64,000 bases of DNA from Gemmatimonadales bacterium (GCA_041615815.1 JBFJCP010000024.1:1-64000); one strand, 5' to 3'. Shown: positions 1 through 9,463, counted from the first letter of the stretch. Notes: generated by a model from the sequence alone, not told the origin. A program made the numbers and translations.

Positions 1-303
1 ACACGCATTGCACACCTCGTGCACGTCGTAGAACGTGATAAGGTCACCATCTCGTAGCGGCGCCCCGAGCGCGTCCCGTTCCACTCCCCGGCGCTCGAGC
101 ACGCGTCCCACACTCACATGTCCCGGGATGATCGGATACGGAACTCCGGCTAGTCGTCCATGATGGAGATGGACATCGGTGCCGCACACTTCGCTAGCCA
201 CCGTTTCCAGCAGCACACTGCCATCCTCGAGGGACGGATCCTCCAACGTCCAGATTTCCAGCGGGGCCTCTGGGGCCTTCATCACTGCCGCGCGAATCGT
301 CAT
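1..303 (-). CDS. Zinc-dependent alcohol dehydrogenase (MDR family), N-terminal part, truncated by window edge
   Basis: Manual translation from ATG at 303: MTIRAAVMKAPEAPLEIW...EVCGTDVHLHHG...YPIIPGHVSVG...CNAC. Contains CGTD, a GHxxxG motif and the first structural-Zn cysteines. Not in the ORF track because it runs off the edge. Confidence 0.9.
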   Translation of the reverse strand, partial: MTIRAAVMKAPEAPLEIWTLEDPSLEDGSVLLETVASEVCGTDVHLHHGRLAGVPYPIIPGHVSVGRVLERRGVERDALGAPLRDGDLITFYDVHEVCNAC

Positions 304-336
304 GGATGTCCGTCTCGAAAAAGAAGAGCCGCGGAG

Positions 337-588
337 CTAACCGTGGTCAGGACGCCGTCGATCCCGTCCACTCCGACGGTCGGTGCCACTGCGGCGTTCG
401 CTCTCGCGGCGTTCACCGCGGCGCTGGTGCTCAAACAGGGCCGGTGGCATGGCAGCGCGTTGGGGATTCCGTCGATCCGTCCCCGCGCGTCGATCCTCAC
501 CCGTGCGCCGGTCTACCCGGATGTGCGCGGTCCCCGAGAGCTTTCTCCGCTGTGCCCACCGACGGTCGAACCCAAACGGTCCAGTCAT
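337..588 (-). CDS. Small Arg-rich DRR/ERR-repeat protein (83 aa)
   Basis: ATG at 588 preceded by GGGGA; MTGPFGFDRRWAQRR...VDRRTGEDRRAGTDRR...GERRESERRSGTDRRSGRDRRR; co-oriented with flanking genes and fills the gap. Confidence 0.6.
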   Translation of the reverse strand: MTGPFGFDRRWAQRRKLSGTAHIRVDRRTGEDRRAGTDRRNPQRAAMPPALFEHQRRGERRESERRSGTDRRSGRDRRRPDHG

Positions 589-712
589 CACCGATCCCCA
601 GTGTATGAGACGGACCTGCCACGGCGGCGAGAAACCTATCGTCCCCGTGGCGCTCCGGCCAATCTCGCGAGTTCGCCGCCAGCCATTGCGGTGCGAGCGC
701 CGTGTGCGCCCC

Positions 713-1900
713 TCACGCCCGCTTTCGCTCCGGATTGAAGAACGGCGTCTTGACCACCGTGGCCACGGCCCGTTTGCGTTGATGCTCGATAGTGATCTCC
801 ATCTCGACGCTGGATCCAGGGGCGGCAAAAGGAGTCTCTACGTGACCCAGCGCCAGGTACTTCTTGAGCAGCGGGGACCAGCAGCCGCTGGTCGCGTACC
901 CCACTTGCCGCCCCCGCCTGTACACCGGCACGCTCACGCGCCACGCGGTGGTGGGAAGTGTTGGCGCCAATCCGACGTCAAGATACAATCGCTCCAGGGA
1001 GTCCCAGTCCACGTCGAGCCCGACGAATTGCCAGGCAACGCCGCGAGCGTGTTCGACCTCCAGTGCCCGTTTGCCCACGAACGGACCCTTGTCCAACGGC
1101 ACCGTCCAGCCCAGCCCGAGCTCGTAGGGAGAAGACAGTTGCATGGCGATCATGGCTCGTCGGGAGGAGATGTAATCCACATCGATGAGCAGGAGCCCAG
1201 CTTCGATCCGCGCGAGGTCGAGCGCGAGGAGACCGGCCGGTGCCAGCCCATACGGCGTCCCGACCTCGATCAGCAAGTCCCACAACGCGAGCGCGTGCTG
1301 GTTGGCCACCCACAGTTCGAACCCGAGATCGCCCGTATACCCGGTGCGGGTGACGGACAGGGGGATGCCGCGCGCCACCGCGGAGGTCACGCGAAAGAAC
1401 TTGAGGGACTCGAGGCTTGCCTCCACGGCCTGCTCGAGGATGGCGCGCGCGTTGGGTCCCTGGATGGACAAAGCGGCCACCTGCTGGGAGACGTCCTCGA
1501 CGGAGACACGCAGTCCTCGCCCGTTGTCTGCGAGCCACCGGAGATTGGGATCGGCCGCGGTCATGCGAAAGACCTGTTCGTCGAGCCGAGCGACCGTACC
1601 ATCGTCTATGACTTTGCCGGCCCCGTCGCACCACGGCGTATACAGCACTTGTCCCACCTGACATCGCATCACATCGCGGGTGATCACGCGGTCCACTAAC
1701 CGATGCGCGTCCGGGCCTCGGATCACGTATTTGTAGAGTGGGGTGACATCGAACAGGGCCGCGGCATTCCGAATGGAGTGATACTCGCGGTCGTGCAGGA
1801 GCTCGTACGAGCTGGCCGCGAGGTAGCCGGCCCAGCGACGCCAGTTCTCTCCTGCACAGAGAGCGGCGGTCCGGGGGTGGAACGGCGTGGTCTTGAGCAC
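713..1900 (-). CDS. Aminomethyltransferase family protein (GcvT-like)
   Basis: LKTTPFHPR, LFDVTPL, VIDDG, TRTGYTGDLGFE, ARIEAG, PFFNPER motifs; probable GTG start at 1900 (ORF open to 1918). Confidence 0.9.
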   Translation of the reverse strand: MLKTTPFHPRTAALCAGENWRRWAGYLAASSYELLHDREYHSIRNAAALFDVTPLYKYVIRGPDAHRLVDRVITRDVMRCQVGQVLYTPWCDGAGKVIDDGTVARLDEQVFRMTAADPNLRWLADNGRGLRVSVEDVSQQVAALSIQGPNARAILEQAVEASLESLKFFRVTSAVARGIPLSVTRTGYTGDLGFELWVANQHALALWDLLIEVGTPYGLAPAGLLALDLARIEAGLLLIDVDYISSRRAMIAMQLSSPYELGLGWTVPLDKGPFVGKRALEVEHARGVAWQFVGLDVDWDSLERLYLDVGLAPTLPTTAWRVSVPVYRRGRQVGYATSGCWSPLLKKYLALGHVETPFAAPGSSVEMEITIEHQRKRAVATVVKTPFFNPERKRA

Positions 1901-1932
1901 GGAAGCGGCTCGTGGCAACGGGCCGCGGTCGG

Positions 1933-2280
1933 TTATCGTAGACTAATGAGGCGGGCCACACGGCCCGCCGTGTTCTCGAGCACGTTGCGAAACTGCTCCA
2001 GCTGAGTCTCGTCCACCGGGACCGCGCCGGCATCGATATCGGCCACGAGATGCCGGCACATTTCCATGATGCGCTTCATCCGAAATTGCGTGACGACCAG
2101 CTGATGCCCCCCCTTGTGCTGCTCGGTCAGAATCGCCCAGACGCTAATGCGGATGTGATCGACCGCGAGCTTGAAGTCCTCCAGAGTGTCACGGCTCGTC
2201 GGCGTCGCGACCACTTCTCGTTCGATCGTTTCCAGAGCGGCCTTGAGCTTTCCCACCCGTTCCTTCAGCGTCTCGGACAT
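1933..2280 (-). CDS. Hypothetical helical protein (115 aa)
   Basis: ATG with GAGGAG upstream; amphipathic helical composition; sits inside a minus-strand gene run. Confidence 0.75.
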   Translation of the reverse strand: MSETLKERVGKLKAALETIEREVVATPTSRDTLEDFKLAVDHIRISVWAILTEQHKGGHQLVVTQFRMKRIMEMCRHLVADIDAGAVPVDETQLEQFRNVLENTAGRVARLISLR

Positions 2281-2295
2281 GTCGCTTTCGACTCC

Positions 2296-3348
2296 TCAAG
2301 GGCGCGGTTGTATTGATGCAATAGCGTCGAGGGGGGCAGGCGTGCGAGCGTCAGCGTCCTGCGTCTCCCGCCCTGGATCGCGTGCGTGCACCATGGGACG
2401 CGACGAGCGGTCCACCGTCAACTGAAAGACATCCGGCCGCCCATAGTGCCCCGCGACATCCAGCTGAAAGCGCGGACCCGTGTAGTGTCGCGGATCGATC
2501 TCTGCGTGCGGATCGATCTCTGCGTAGAGAATCTCCTGCGCCTTTTCCAGCGGCCCGGCAATGAACTTGCCGTCGGGATCGACAATGGCGCTCTCACCCG
2601 GGTTGATCCATTCCGGCACCCGCGCGAGATACCGTTCCATAAACTCATATCGCTCGGGAATGTCCGCCTTCCGAACGACACTGCAGCATCCGATGACGTA
2701 GACGCGCCCTTCTTTCGCGATGTGGCGCAGAGTGGACAACCACGGCTCCCCATGATCCCAGGTGGGGGCAACGTACAGTTGGGCACCCCACGCAAACATC
2801 GCGTATCGGGCGAGGGGCATGTAGTTCTCCCAACAAATCAGACCACCTAGCCGCCCCACCGGCAGATCGTAGACCTCGAGCGTGCTGCCGTCCCCCTGCG
2901 CATGCACCAGGCGTTCTCCGGAGGTCGGGACGAGCTTCCGATGCTTCCCGAGCAACCGGCCGTTGGCGTCGATATACACCAGCGTGTTGTAGAGCGTCGA
3001 TCCGCTGGCCTCGGCGTTTCGTTCGTTGACCCCTATCACGACGTGGACGCCCGCTTCACGCGCGGCCTGGCCCAACTGCTCGATCTCCGGACCCGGTACC
3101 GTGACCGCGTGCTCCACGAGCTCCGTGTACAGCGACCGCAGCGTCGCCGTGTCCCCCGACGGGACAAACCAAACCCAGAAGGGGTACGCCGGGACGAACG
3201 CTTCCGGAAATACGGCGAGCTTGGCACCGCCCCCGCCGGCATCGTGAATGAGACGGCAGGCCTTCTCGACCGTGGCGGTGCGATCCAAAAAAACCGGCGT
3301 CGCTTGCACGGCGGCCACACGGAATGGCTGAGTGGCGTTCACGCCCAT
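2296..3348 (-). CDS. Nitrilase / carbon-nitrogen hydrolase
   Basis: FPEAF (Glu), HRKLVPT (Lys), ICWENYMPLAR (Cys) catalytic triad; DVAGHYGRPDVF C-terminal motif. Confidence 0.93.
   Translation of the reverse strand: MGVNATQPFRVAAVQATPVFLDRTATVEKACRLIHDAGGGGAKLAVFPEAFVPAYPFWVWFVPSGDTATLRSLYTELVEHAVTVPGPEIEQLGQAAREAGVHVVIGVNERNAEASGSTLYNTLVYIDANGRLLGKHRKLVPTSGERLVHAQGDGSTLEVYDLPVGRLGGLICWENYMPLARYAMFAWGAQLYVAPTWDHGEPWLSTLRHIAKEGRVYVIGCCSVVRKADIPERYEFMERYLARVPEWINPGESAIVDPDGKFIAGPLEKAQEILYAEIDPHAEIDPRHYTGPRFQLDVAGHYGRPDVFQLTVDRSSRPMVHARDPGRETQDADARTPAPLDAIASIQPRP
2490..2525. repeat. Perfect 18-bp tandem duplication inside the nitrilase gene
   Basis: gcggatcgatctctgcgt x2; gives YAEIDP-HAEIDP in the protein. 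Confidence 0.95.
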
Positions 3349-3382
3349 GAGAGACCCCGCTTCAGACGCCCGCCGTTTCGCA

Positions 3383-3742
3383 CTAGATCCACTCCAACTC
3401 CGCCACGGTACGTTCGTTCTCGAGATTCCCGGTGTTCCGGGTGGACGCCGGCTCGAACATCATCACGTGGACTTCCTCGGGGGCGACCGGCTTGTGTTCG
3501 ACTCCGCGCGGCACGATGAAGAACTCGCCTTCGCGCAACTCCACATCACGGTCCCGCAGTTGCAGGACCAGGCGCCCGCGGATCACCAGAAATAGCTCGT
3601 CCTCGTCCGGGTGGTGGTGCCACATGAACTCACCCTTCAGCTTGGCCAGTTTCACATGCTGACCGTTGAGCTCACCCACGAGTTTGGGGCTCCAATGGTC
3701 GCTGAACATCGCGAGTTTTTCGCGCAGGTTCACTTTTGCCAT
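3383..3742 (-). CDS. Cupin domain protein
   Basis: MAKVNLREKL...WSPK...GEFMWHHHPDEDELF...VPRGVEHKP; start moved to ATG 3742. Confidence 0.9.
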   Translation of the reverse strand: MAKVNLREKLAMFSDHWSPKLVGELNGQHVKLAKLKGEFMWHHHPDEDELFLVIRGRLVLQLRDRDVELREGEFFIVPRGVEHKPVAPEEVHVMMFEPASTRNTGNLENERTVAELEWI

Positions 3743-4037
3743 CACAGGCTCCCTGGCTCCCCACCCGCTCCCAACAGCATGGGGAACCAAGCAATGATAG
3801 GTTTCTTCCCGCCCTTGGAGACGGGATCACGACCCAGGTAGACGTCGAACAACGCCCAACAGGAGCATCGCTCCACGCACCGCGACCCCCGAGAACCGCC
3901 TCGTCATACTACCCGCCCGCCCGAGCGGTCGCCAGCGAGCCAGTCCGTGAAGCGGACTTCATGCTCACTTACCCTCCAGCATACGGCTCCGCATCATTTC
4001 ATGCATCTGACACGATCCACACCGAGGGAGGCCAGGC

Positions 4038-4454
4038 ATGTTCCGCAAGCTCCTCGTTCCCATGGACCTTTCGCAGAAGAACGTCCGGGCCGCCGAGGTC
4101 GCTGCCGAACTGGCCGGCCGCAACGGGGGACAGGTCATCGTGCTTCACGTCATCGAGACTCTGGACGCGCCCTTCGAGGAGCTCGAGGATTTTTATGCCA
4201 AACTCGAAACCACGGCGCGAGAACGGATGATCGAGCTGGCTGAGCCTCTCCGCGCGGCACAGGTGCAGCACGAGTTCGCGCTCTGCTACGGGAAACGCGC
4301 GCCCGAGATCGTGCTGTACGTGCAGGAGCACGACATCGACCTCGTGGTGATCTCATCGCACAGGGTCAATCCGGAGGATGCCACCCGTGGATTCCTGACG
4401 ATCAGCCATCAGGTCGCCATCGTCGCACCCAGCGCGGTGTTGGTGCTGAAGTGA
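4038..4454 (+). CDS. Universal stress protein (UspA family)
   Basis: MFRKLLVPMDLS, LHV, DLVVISSH, VLVLK; GGAGG RBS. Confidence 0.92.
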   Translation: MFRKLLVPMDLSQKNVRAAEVAAELAGRNGGQVIVLHVIETLDAPFEELEDFYAKLETTARERMIELAEPLRAAQVQHEFALCYGKRAPEIVLYVQEHDIDLVVISSHRVNPEDATRGFLTISHQVAIVAPSAVLVLK

Positions 4455-4464
4455 CCGCTCGGCC

Positions 4465-6849
4465 TCACCCGCCGGCGGCACGCTCCAGGTCTCGCAGCAT
4501 CTCGCGGGCGCCGGCATTTCCCGGCTCGAACTGCACCGCGTTGCGGGCAGCGGTCAGGGCGGAGTCGAGTCGATTGGTCAGGATGTACGTTCGTCCCAGA
4601 TAGTAGTACGCTCGGGCCAGACCTGGATCGGCAGCCACGGCGTTCCGGTATGCTCTGATGGCGTCGTCCAACTCTTGCCGGCGCAGGTGGTAGTTGCCGA
4701 GGTTGAGGTGTGCCAACGCTTCACCAGGGTTGAGCGCCAGGGCCTCGCGATAGGCGGCCACCGCATCGGGCGTCCGGCCGAGCGCCTCGAGCGTCACCCC
4801 CATATTCACCAAGACCAAGGGACGATCGGGGTGCACGTCGAGCGCCCGCGTGTACTGCTCGAGCGCCATTCCATGATTCTGCGCCGCGGCATACGCCAGA
4901 GCCAAGTTGAGGTTGAGCCCCGGGAGCTGCGGTAGCAGCTCGAGACCTTTGCGATACGTGGTCACAGCTGCCACGATATCGCCGCTCGCGCGATACCGAT
5001 CGCCGAAGAATCCCAGCGCTGATGCCCACCGCCGTCGCAAGGACGGAACGTCGTCCTCTCGCGTCCGCACGACATCCACCAAGGCCCGACGTACGGCAGG
5101 ATCATGGCCCGCCGCGAGGTGGAGCGCCGCGAGCGCCACGGCCGCCACGTCAGGATCTCGGTGCTCGCCGATCGCCAAGAGGCGCGTGCGAATGTCTGGG
5201 TCGAGGTCCGGCATGTTCGGTCGCAGGCGCGCGGTGACCAGTTGATTCACCGCAGACACCTGTGCCATGGCGTGCGAGCCTTCGGGATCGAGCAACCGCG
5301 ACGGTGTCACGTGCCCGGGGGCACCCTCGGCCTCGAAGAGCGAGCGCACCAGCGGCTTGTGGGGTTTCAGCGAACCCCACCAGGTGTCGGTTTGCTCTTG
5401 CAGCGCGGCCGGACTCGAGTCCTGATGACACATGACACACGCGCTCTCGAGTCCGAGCGATGCCTCCAAGGCCGGCCGCGGTACCGGGATCGTGTGGTCG
5501 GACCTGGCAAATTGGAGATGGTCACCCACCTCGGGGTGCTGGAGATAGGGCATGTGGCAGGCGACGCATTGGCTCCCGGGAGACCCCACCGGATGATACG
5601 TGTGCGCCGCGACGTCCCGCGCCTTGCTGGCGTGGCAGTCGAGGCACTGTTCATCCGCAAAACGGCCAGACAAAGCTTGCCCGTAGATGTCGCGATAGCC
5701 CTGGCTGTGGGGATCGTGGCAGTCCACGCACGTCATCGAGCCGCTGAGATAGCAATCGCTGAAGAGGTGGTTTTCCTGATAGGCGAAGGTCCGAACCCGA
5801 CCGTCGGGAAACAGCGGACGCTCACCCACGAGGGTGAGGCCGAGCGAGTAGTACGCGGCGAGGTCTTCGCCGGGGAGGTAGCCGGGCTCGAGCACCTCCT
5901 TGAGAGCATGGCACTGGAAGCACACTTCGAGGGATGCATCGGTACTGACGGTACCGAGGGCCCGAATGGCGATCTCCTCGCTCGTTCCGAGCGCTCCCGC
6001 CAACGCCAGATCCACGTGTTGGCGTCCCGGTCCGTGACACGATTCACAGTTCACACCGTAGCTCGTCAACTTCGTGTCGTACTGCCGGGCGGACGCATCG
6101 TAGGCCACCACAATCTGACTGCCATGGCAATCCTGACAATTGGAGAACCGGGGCTCCGTACCGAGAATCCGGCTGGGCGGCCAGTCGCCGCAGTCGGCCA
6201 ACGCCATACCGTTGGTGATAGGTACCCACCCGTCGTCCGTCCGCGAATTCGTGTTGCAGAACCACAAGTCCTCTCCGCGGATGTAGTCGAAGGGTAGGAA
6301 CCGGATCGTTCCGTCCGCGAATCGAGATACGAACCCCTGGGTCCCGCCACCAACCATGTGCCCGCGCCCAATCACGCCGTCCACGCGGTAGACCACCGAG
6401 TCGCGATGGTCCTGCCGAACGGTGAAACGATATTCGCCACGCGGTGTCCGTGAGGGCGTCACGACGGCATCGGCGAACCGAATGGGCGTTCCATCGAAGG
6501 GCGCGATGACCGTCTCGGGTGAAGGGGGGCCTCCGGCGCGCCCGTGCGTGGATCCACGCCAAGCGGCGTATTGAGCGGTGTGACAGTCGCGACAGGCTTC
6601 GGCGCCGACGAAGTCGTCGAAGGCCACTCGCGCACCCATGTGGGCCTCGGCGGAGGCCTGAGGAAACTCGACCAGCGCGGGCTCGCGTCGCACGATGAGC
6701 CACCAGACGACGAGCGCCACCGTTACCGCGGCCACCGCAATCGCGGCGAGCCGCATTGGAGCGCCACCACCTGAGGGAGACGTCGAATCGGTTGGCGGTA
6801 CCCGCCCACGGGACCGTCGCTGCTTGGGGTGCTTCCTCCGGCGTCCCAT
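4465..6849 (-). CDS. Membrane-anchored multiheme (8 CxxCH) cytochrome c with C-terminal TPR repeats
   Basis: CRDCH, CQDCH, CESCH, CFQCH, CVDCH, CLDCH, CVACH, CVMCH; N-terminal TM helix; TPR pattern (AVAAYREALALNPGEALAHLNLG). Confidence 0.9.
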   Translation of the reverse strand: MGRRRKHPKQRRSRGRVPPTDSTSPSGGGAPMRLAAIAVAAVTVALVVWWLIVRREPALVEFPQASAEAHMGARVAFDDFVGAEACRDCHTAQYAAWRGSTHGRAGGPPSPETVIAPFDGTPIRFADAVVTPSRTPRGEYRFTVRQDHRDSVVYRVDGVIGRGHMVGGGTQGFVSRFADGTIRFLPFDYIRGEDLWFCNTNSRTDDGWVPITNGMALADCGDWPPSRILGTEPRFSNCQDCHGSQIVVAYDASARQYDTKLTSYGVNCESCHGPGRQHVDLALAGALGTSEEIAIRALGTVSTDASLEVCFQCHALKEVLEPGYLPGEDLAAYYSLGLTLVGERPLFPDGRVRTFAYQENHLFSDCYLSGSMTCVDCHDPHSQGYRDIYGQALSGRFADEQCLDCHASKARDVAAHTYHPVGSPGSQCVACHMPYLQHPEVGDHLQFARSDHTIPVPRPALEASLGLESACVMCHQDSSPAALQEQTDTWWGSLKPHKPLVRSLFEAEGAPGHVTPSRLLDPEGSHAMAQVSAVNQLVTARLRPNMPDLDPDIRTRLLAIGEHRDPDVAAVALAALHLAAGHDPAVRRALVDVVRTREDDVPSLRRRWASALGFFGDRYRASGDIVAAVTTYRKGLELLPQLPGLNLNLALAYAAAQNHGMALEQYTRALDVHPDRPLVLVNMGVTLEALGRTPDAVAAYREALALNPGEALAHLNLGNYHLRRQELDDAIRAYRNAVAADPGLARAYYYLGRTYILTNRLDSALTAARNAVQFEPGNAGAREMLRDLERAAGG

Positions 6850-6854
6850 GGCCC

Positions 6855-8576
6855 CTACGGCTCCCGTTCCTGATCGTCCCGTGACCAGGCCGGTCCCTGA
6901 CAACGGCACAGCTCGCGCAGATAGCCCACCACCCGGTCGATTTCGTCCCCTGACAAGGTGAAGCCGAAGCCCGGCATCCGGTGATGGCGTCCCAGAATGT
7001 GCCCGCCGGCATGGATCCCATCGAAGAGCGTGTCGTCCGGCCGTGCGGACATGTATGCGCTGTCCGCGAGTCGCGTGGGACGCACTGGGAGGGTTGCGAC
7101 GTTGTATCCGTCACTGTTGCCGGAGGGCCCGTGGCAACCGGCGCAAAACCGTCCGTACAATCCGGCTCCGGAGGCATCCTGCGCTGCGTCGCGATTCCCG
7201 ACATCCAGTGGGGACACATAGGTGGCCGCCGAAGGCTCGCCGCCGCCACCGGACAGGAACGCCGCAAGCAGCGCCACTCGATCGTCCGGCATCGGGATGC
7301 GTGGCATCACCCGGTCGCCGAGCGCCGAACCCGGATCGCGAATGACAGCCGCGACGTACGCGGGACGGAGGCGGCGCCCCGCATCGCTGAGGTCCGGTCC
7401 GATCCGCCCTCCCTCACCGTCCAGGGCGTGACACCCGAGACACGGGAGCCGGTCCCGGATCAACGACCGCGCTTTGGCGCGGGAGAAGACGCTGAGGGCG
7501 GTGGGCTCCGCACCCAGCGGTGGCGGTGTCGATGCGCCTCGATCGAGATAGTCCATGATCGCGTCGATCTCGGCAGGCGACAGATCGAAGTCCGGCATTC
7601 GGCTCCACGTACCGGCAGGAAATCCGGACGGGCGCACCGGTTGCGGACCGGCAAGAAAACGCCGAATCCAATCAAGCTCGAGGCGACGCGTCACCCCAAG
7701 GAGCCGTGGCCCCAGCGCCGCGCCGTATCCGTCCGGTCCCTTGTGACACCCCCCACACCCCAGGGATCGAAAGAGGGTGGCTCCATCCGCCGCCGCAACG
7801 TTCGCGTATCGGCGCTGCGCACGCTCGAATGCCCGACCCTGCTCTGCGCGTGTCTCGGACGCGAGCGAGATCAAGAACGCGACGACCGCGCCGAGCCGCG
7901 AGGCCGCGTCGGGGTGGACGGGATGAGCGCGGCCGTCCCGCCGCTCGAAGAAGAGATCCGGCATCGGCGTCGTGGAATCGAAGGCGCGTGGATCCATCAG
8001 GTACCGATGGATCCATGCTTCGTTCAATCGCTCACCCACGCGCTCCAGGGCGATCGCGCTTCCCCCGCCACTCTCGCCGAGCGTGTGGCAACCCAGACAT
8101 CCGAGATCGGACCGGACGAGGCGTTCGCCGTCGCGCGCGGCGTTGCGGCCGCCACGCGCGGCGTCGGGTGGCGGCTGCGGATCGCTGACCGGTAAAGTCG
8201 TAAGCGACGAGAGGAAGAGCGTGAGCGCCACCCGCTCCCGCTCATCGAGCGGAAACCGTGGCATACGAGAAGCTCCGATGTGACGCCGGAGCCGCGTGGG
8301 GTTGTCGAGGTAGGTAAAGAGGTGTCCCGGTGCGAAGCGGCGACCTGCATCCGCGAGGGGTGGAGCGGGCGATCGAACCGTGCGTTCCGCGAGATCTCGA
8401 TGACACGTGGCGCAGCCCAACTCCGCCACGAGGGCAGCGGGGTCCGTGATGACAACCGAAGGATCTGCCTGGTGGCGTGTCGAATCCGCCGGAGCCGATC
8501 GGACACGATCGACGGCACCGAGCGCAATCAATGTCAACACGAGAACCCCAGCGGTGGGCAGCGCTCTGCGGGTCAT
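6855..8576 (-). CDS. Secreted multi-domain cytochrome c (5 CxxCH)
   Basis: Signal peptide; CATCH, CLGCH, CGGCH, CLGCH, CAGCH, each followed by a downstream MP motif typical of His/Met class I domains. Confidence 0.9.
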   Translation of the reverse strand: MTRRALPTAGVLVLTLIALGAVDRVRSAPADSTRHQADPSVVITDPAALVAELGCATCHRDLAERTVRSPAPPLADAGRRFAPGHLFTYLDNPTRLRRHIGASRMPRFPLDERERVALTLFLSSLTTLPVSDPQPPPDAARGGRNAARDGERLVRSDLGCLGCHTLGESGGGSAIALERVGERLNEAWIHRYLMDPRAFDSTTPMPDLFFERRDGRAHPVHPDAASRLGAVVAFLISLASETRAEQGRAFERAQRRYANVAAADGATLFRSLGCGGCHKGPDGYGAALGPRLLGVTRRLELDWIRRFLAGPQPVRPSGFPAGTWSRMPDFDLSPAEIDAIMDYLDRGASTPPPLGAEPTALSVFSRAKARSLIRDRLPCLGCHALDGEGGRIGPDLSDAGRRLRPAYVAAVIRDPGSALGDRVMPRIPMPDDRVALLAAFLSGGGGEPSAATYVSPLDVGNRDAAQDASGAGLYGRFCAGCHGPSGNSDGYNVATLPVRPTRLADSAYMSARPDDTLFDGIHAGGHILGRHHRMPGFGFTLSGDEIDRVVGYLRELCRCQGPAWSRDDQEREP

Positions 8577-8688
8577 GGGCCATCAAAGGTCGGGGGAGAC
8601 CCCGACAGGCGTCAAGCCGGTCGCCAAAACACGGCGGCCGACCACGCAAGTGGTCGGCCGCGGACGAGCTTAGTCCGTAATCTCCCTA

Positions 8689-9099
8689 TCAACTCTTCCA
8701 CACGCTGATGTTGGACAAGGTGAGGTTGTTTCGCAGTTGCCACTCCACGAGGTCCCCCGGATCCACCGTCACTGCCGGGCTCGTGTAGCTTCGCGCCGAC
8801 CCCACGGGCAACGCCATCAAGCGAAGCGGTGCATTGGCCACCAACACCCAGTTCGGAAGCACGAAGACGGCATCGGTGAATCCGGTGACCGTACCCAGTT
8901 GATGACGCCGGCCACCACTCACGGCATAGATCCGCATGTCGAGAAAATTGTCGTTATCGACGACGACGTGCGTCTGCTGACCGCCTCGCTCGGCGTCTGG
9001 GTCCGGGTCGGGCTCCTGACCGATCAGCGGTACCGGCGAGAGCACAACACCTGCCGTCACGAGACCAGAGACCAATAGGTAGAGGGCGATTTGTTTCAT
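8689..9099 (-). CDS. Secreted hypothetical beta-rich protein
   Basis: Signal peptide MKQIALYLLVSGLVTAG, then VVVDNDNFLDMRIYAV...LGTVTGF. Confidence 0.75.
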   Translation of the reverse strand: MKQIALYLLVSGLVTAGVVLSPVPLIGQEPDPDPDAERGGQQTHVVVDNDNFLDMRIYAVSGGRRHQLGTVTGFTDAVFVLPNWVLVANAPLRLMALPVGSARSYTSPAVTVDPGDLVEWQLRNNLTLSNISVWKS

Positions 9100-9229
9100 G
9101 TACAGGCACCCCATCCAGTGTCACCCTACGACGTCGACCTACCCTCACGGCATAAACACCACGGTAAGAAGGGAAGTTCCGTCAGGCAACACCCGACCGG
9201 CCGACCTTCATAGTGTCGTGCTGCATTTT

Positions 9230-9463
9230 TCACGCCCGCGCCTCGGGGAGCACCACAAAGCGACGGCACGAGGGGCATCGCAACAGCGAAAGCGTCGAGG
9301 CCCGGGCGTGGGGCTCTGGAATGGCCACCACGTCCAGTGGCAACTGGCAACGCGGGCAATGCGGCACAGCCGACGCTCGCTGGACCTCCCGCCGAACAGC
9401 CCGAATTTCCTCCTTGGAGAATTGCGCGTCACTGGTTCGGATCTTGGACCTCGTGCTACTCAT
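9230..9463 (-). CDS. Small zinc-ribbon-like protein (77 aa)
   Basis: GGAGG RBS before ATG 9463; CPRC...CPSC. Confidence 0.65.
   Translation of the reverse strand: MSSTRSKIRTSDAQFSKEEIRAVRREVQRASAVPHCPRCQLPLDVVAIPEPHARASTLSLLRCPSCRRFVVLPEARA

Noticed and set aside
383..1699. 438-aa plus-strand ORF
   Set aside because: Antisense shadow of the GcvT-like gene; Arg/His/Pro-rich with no motif
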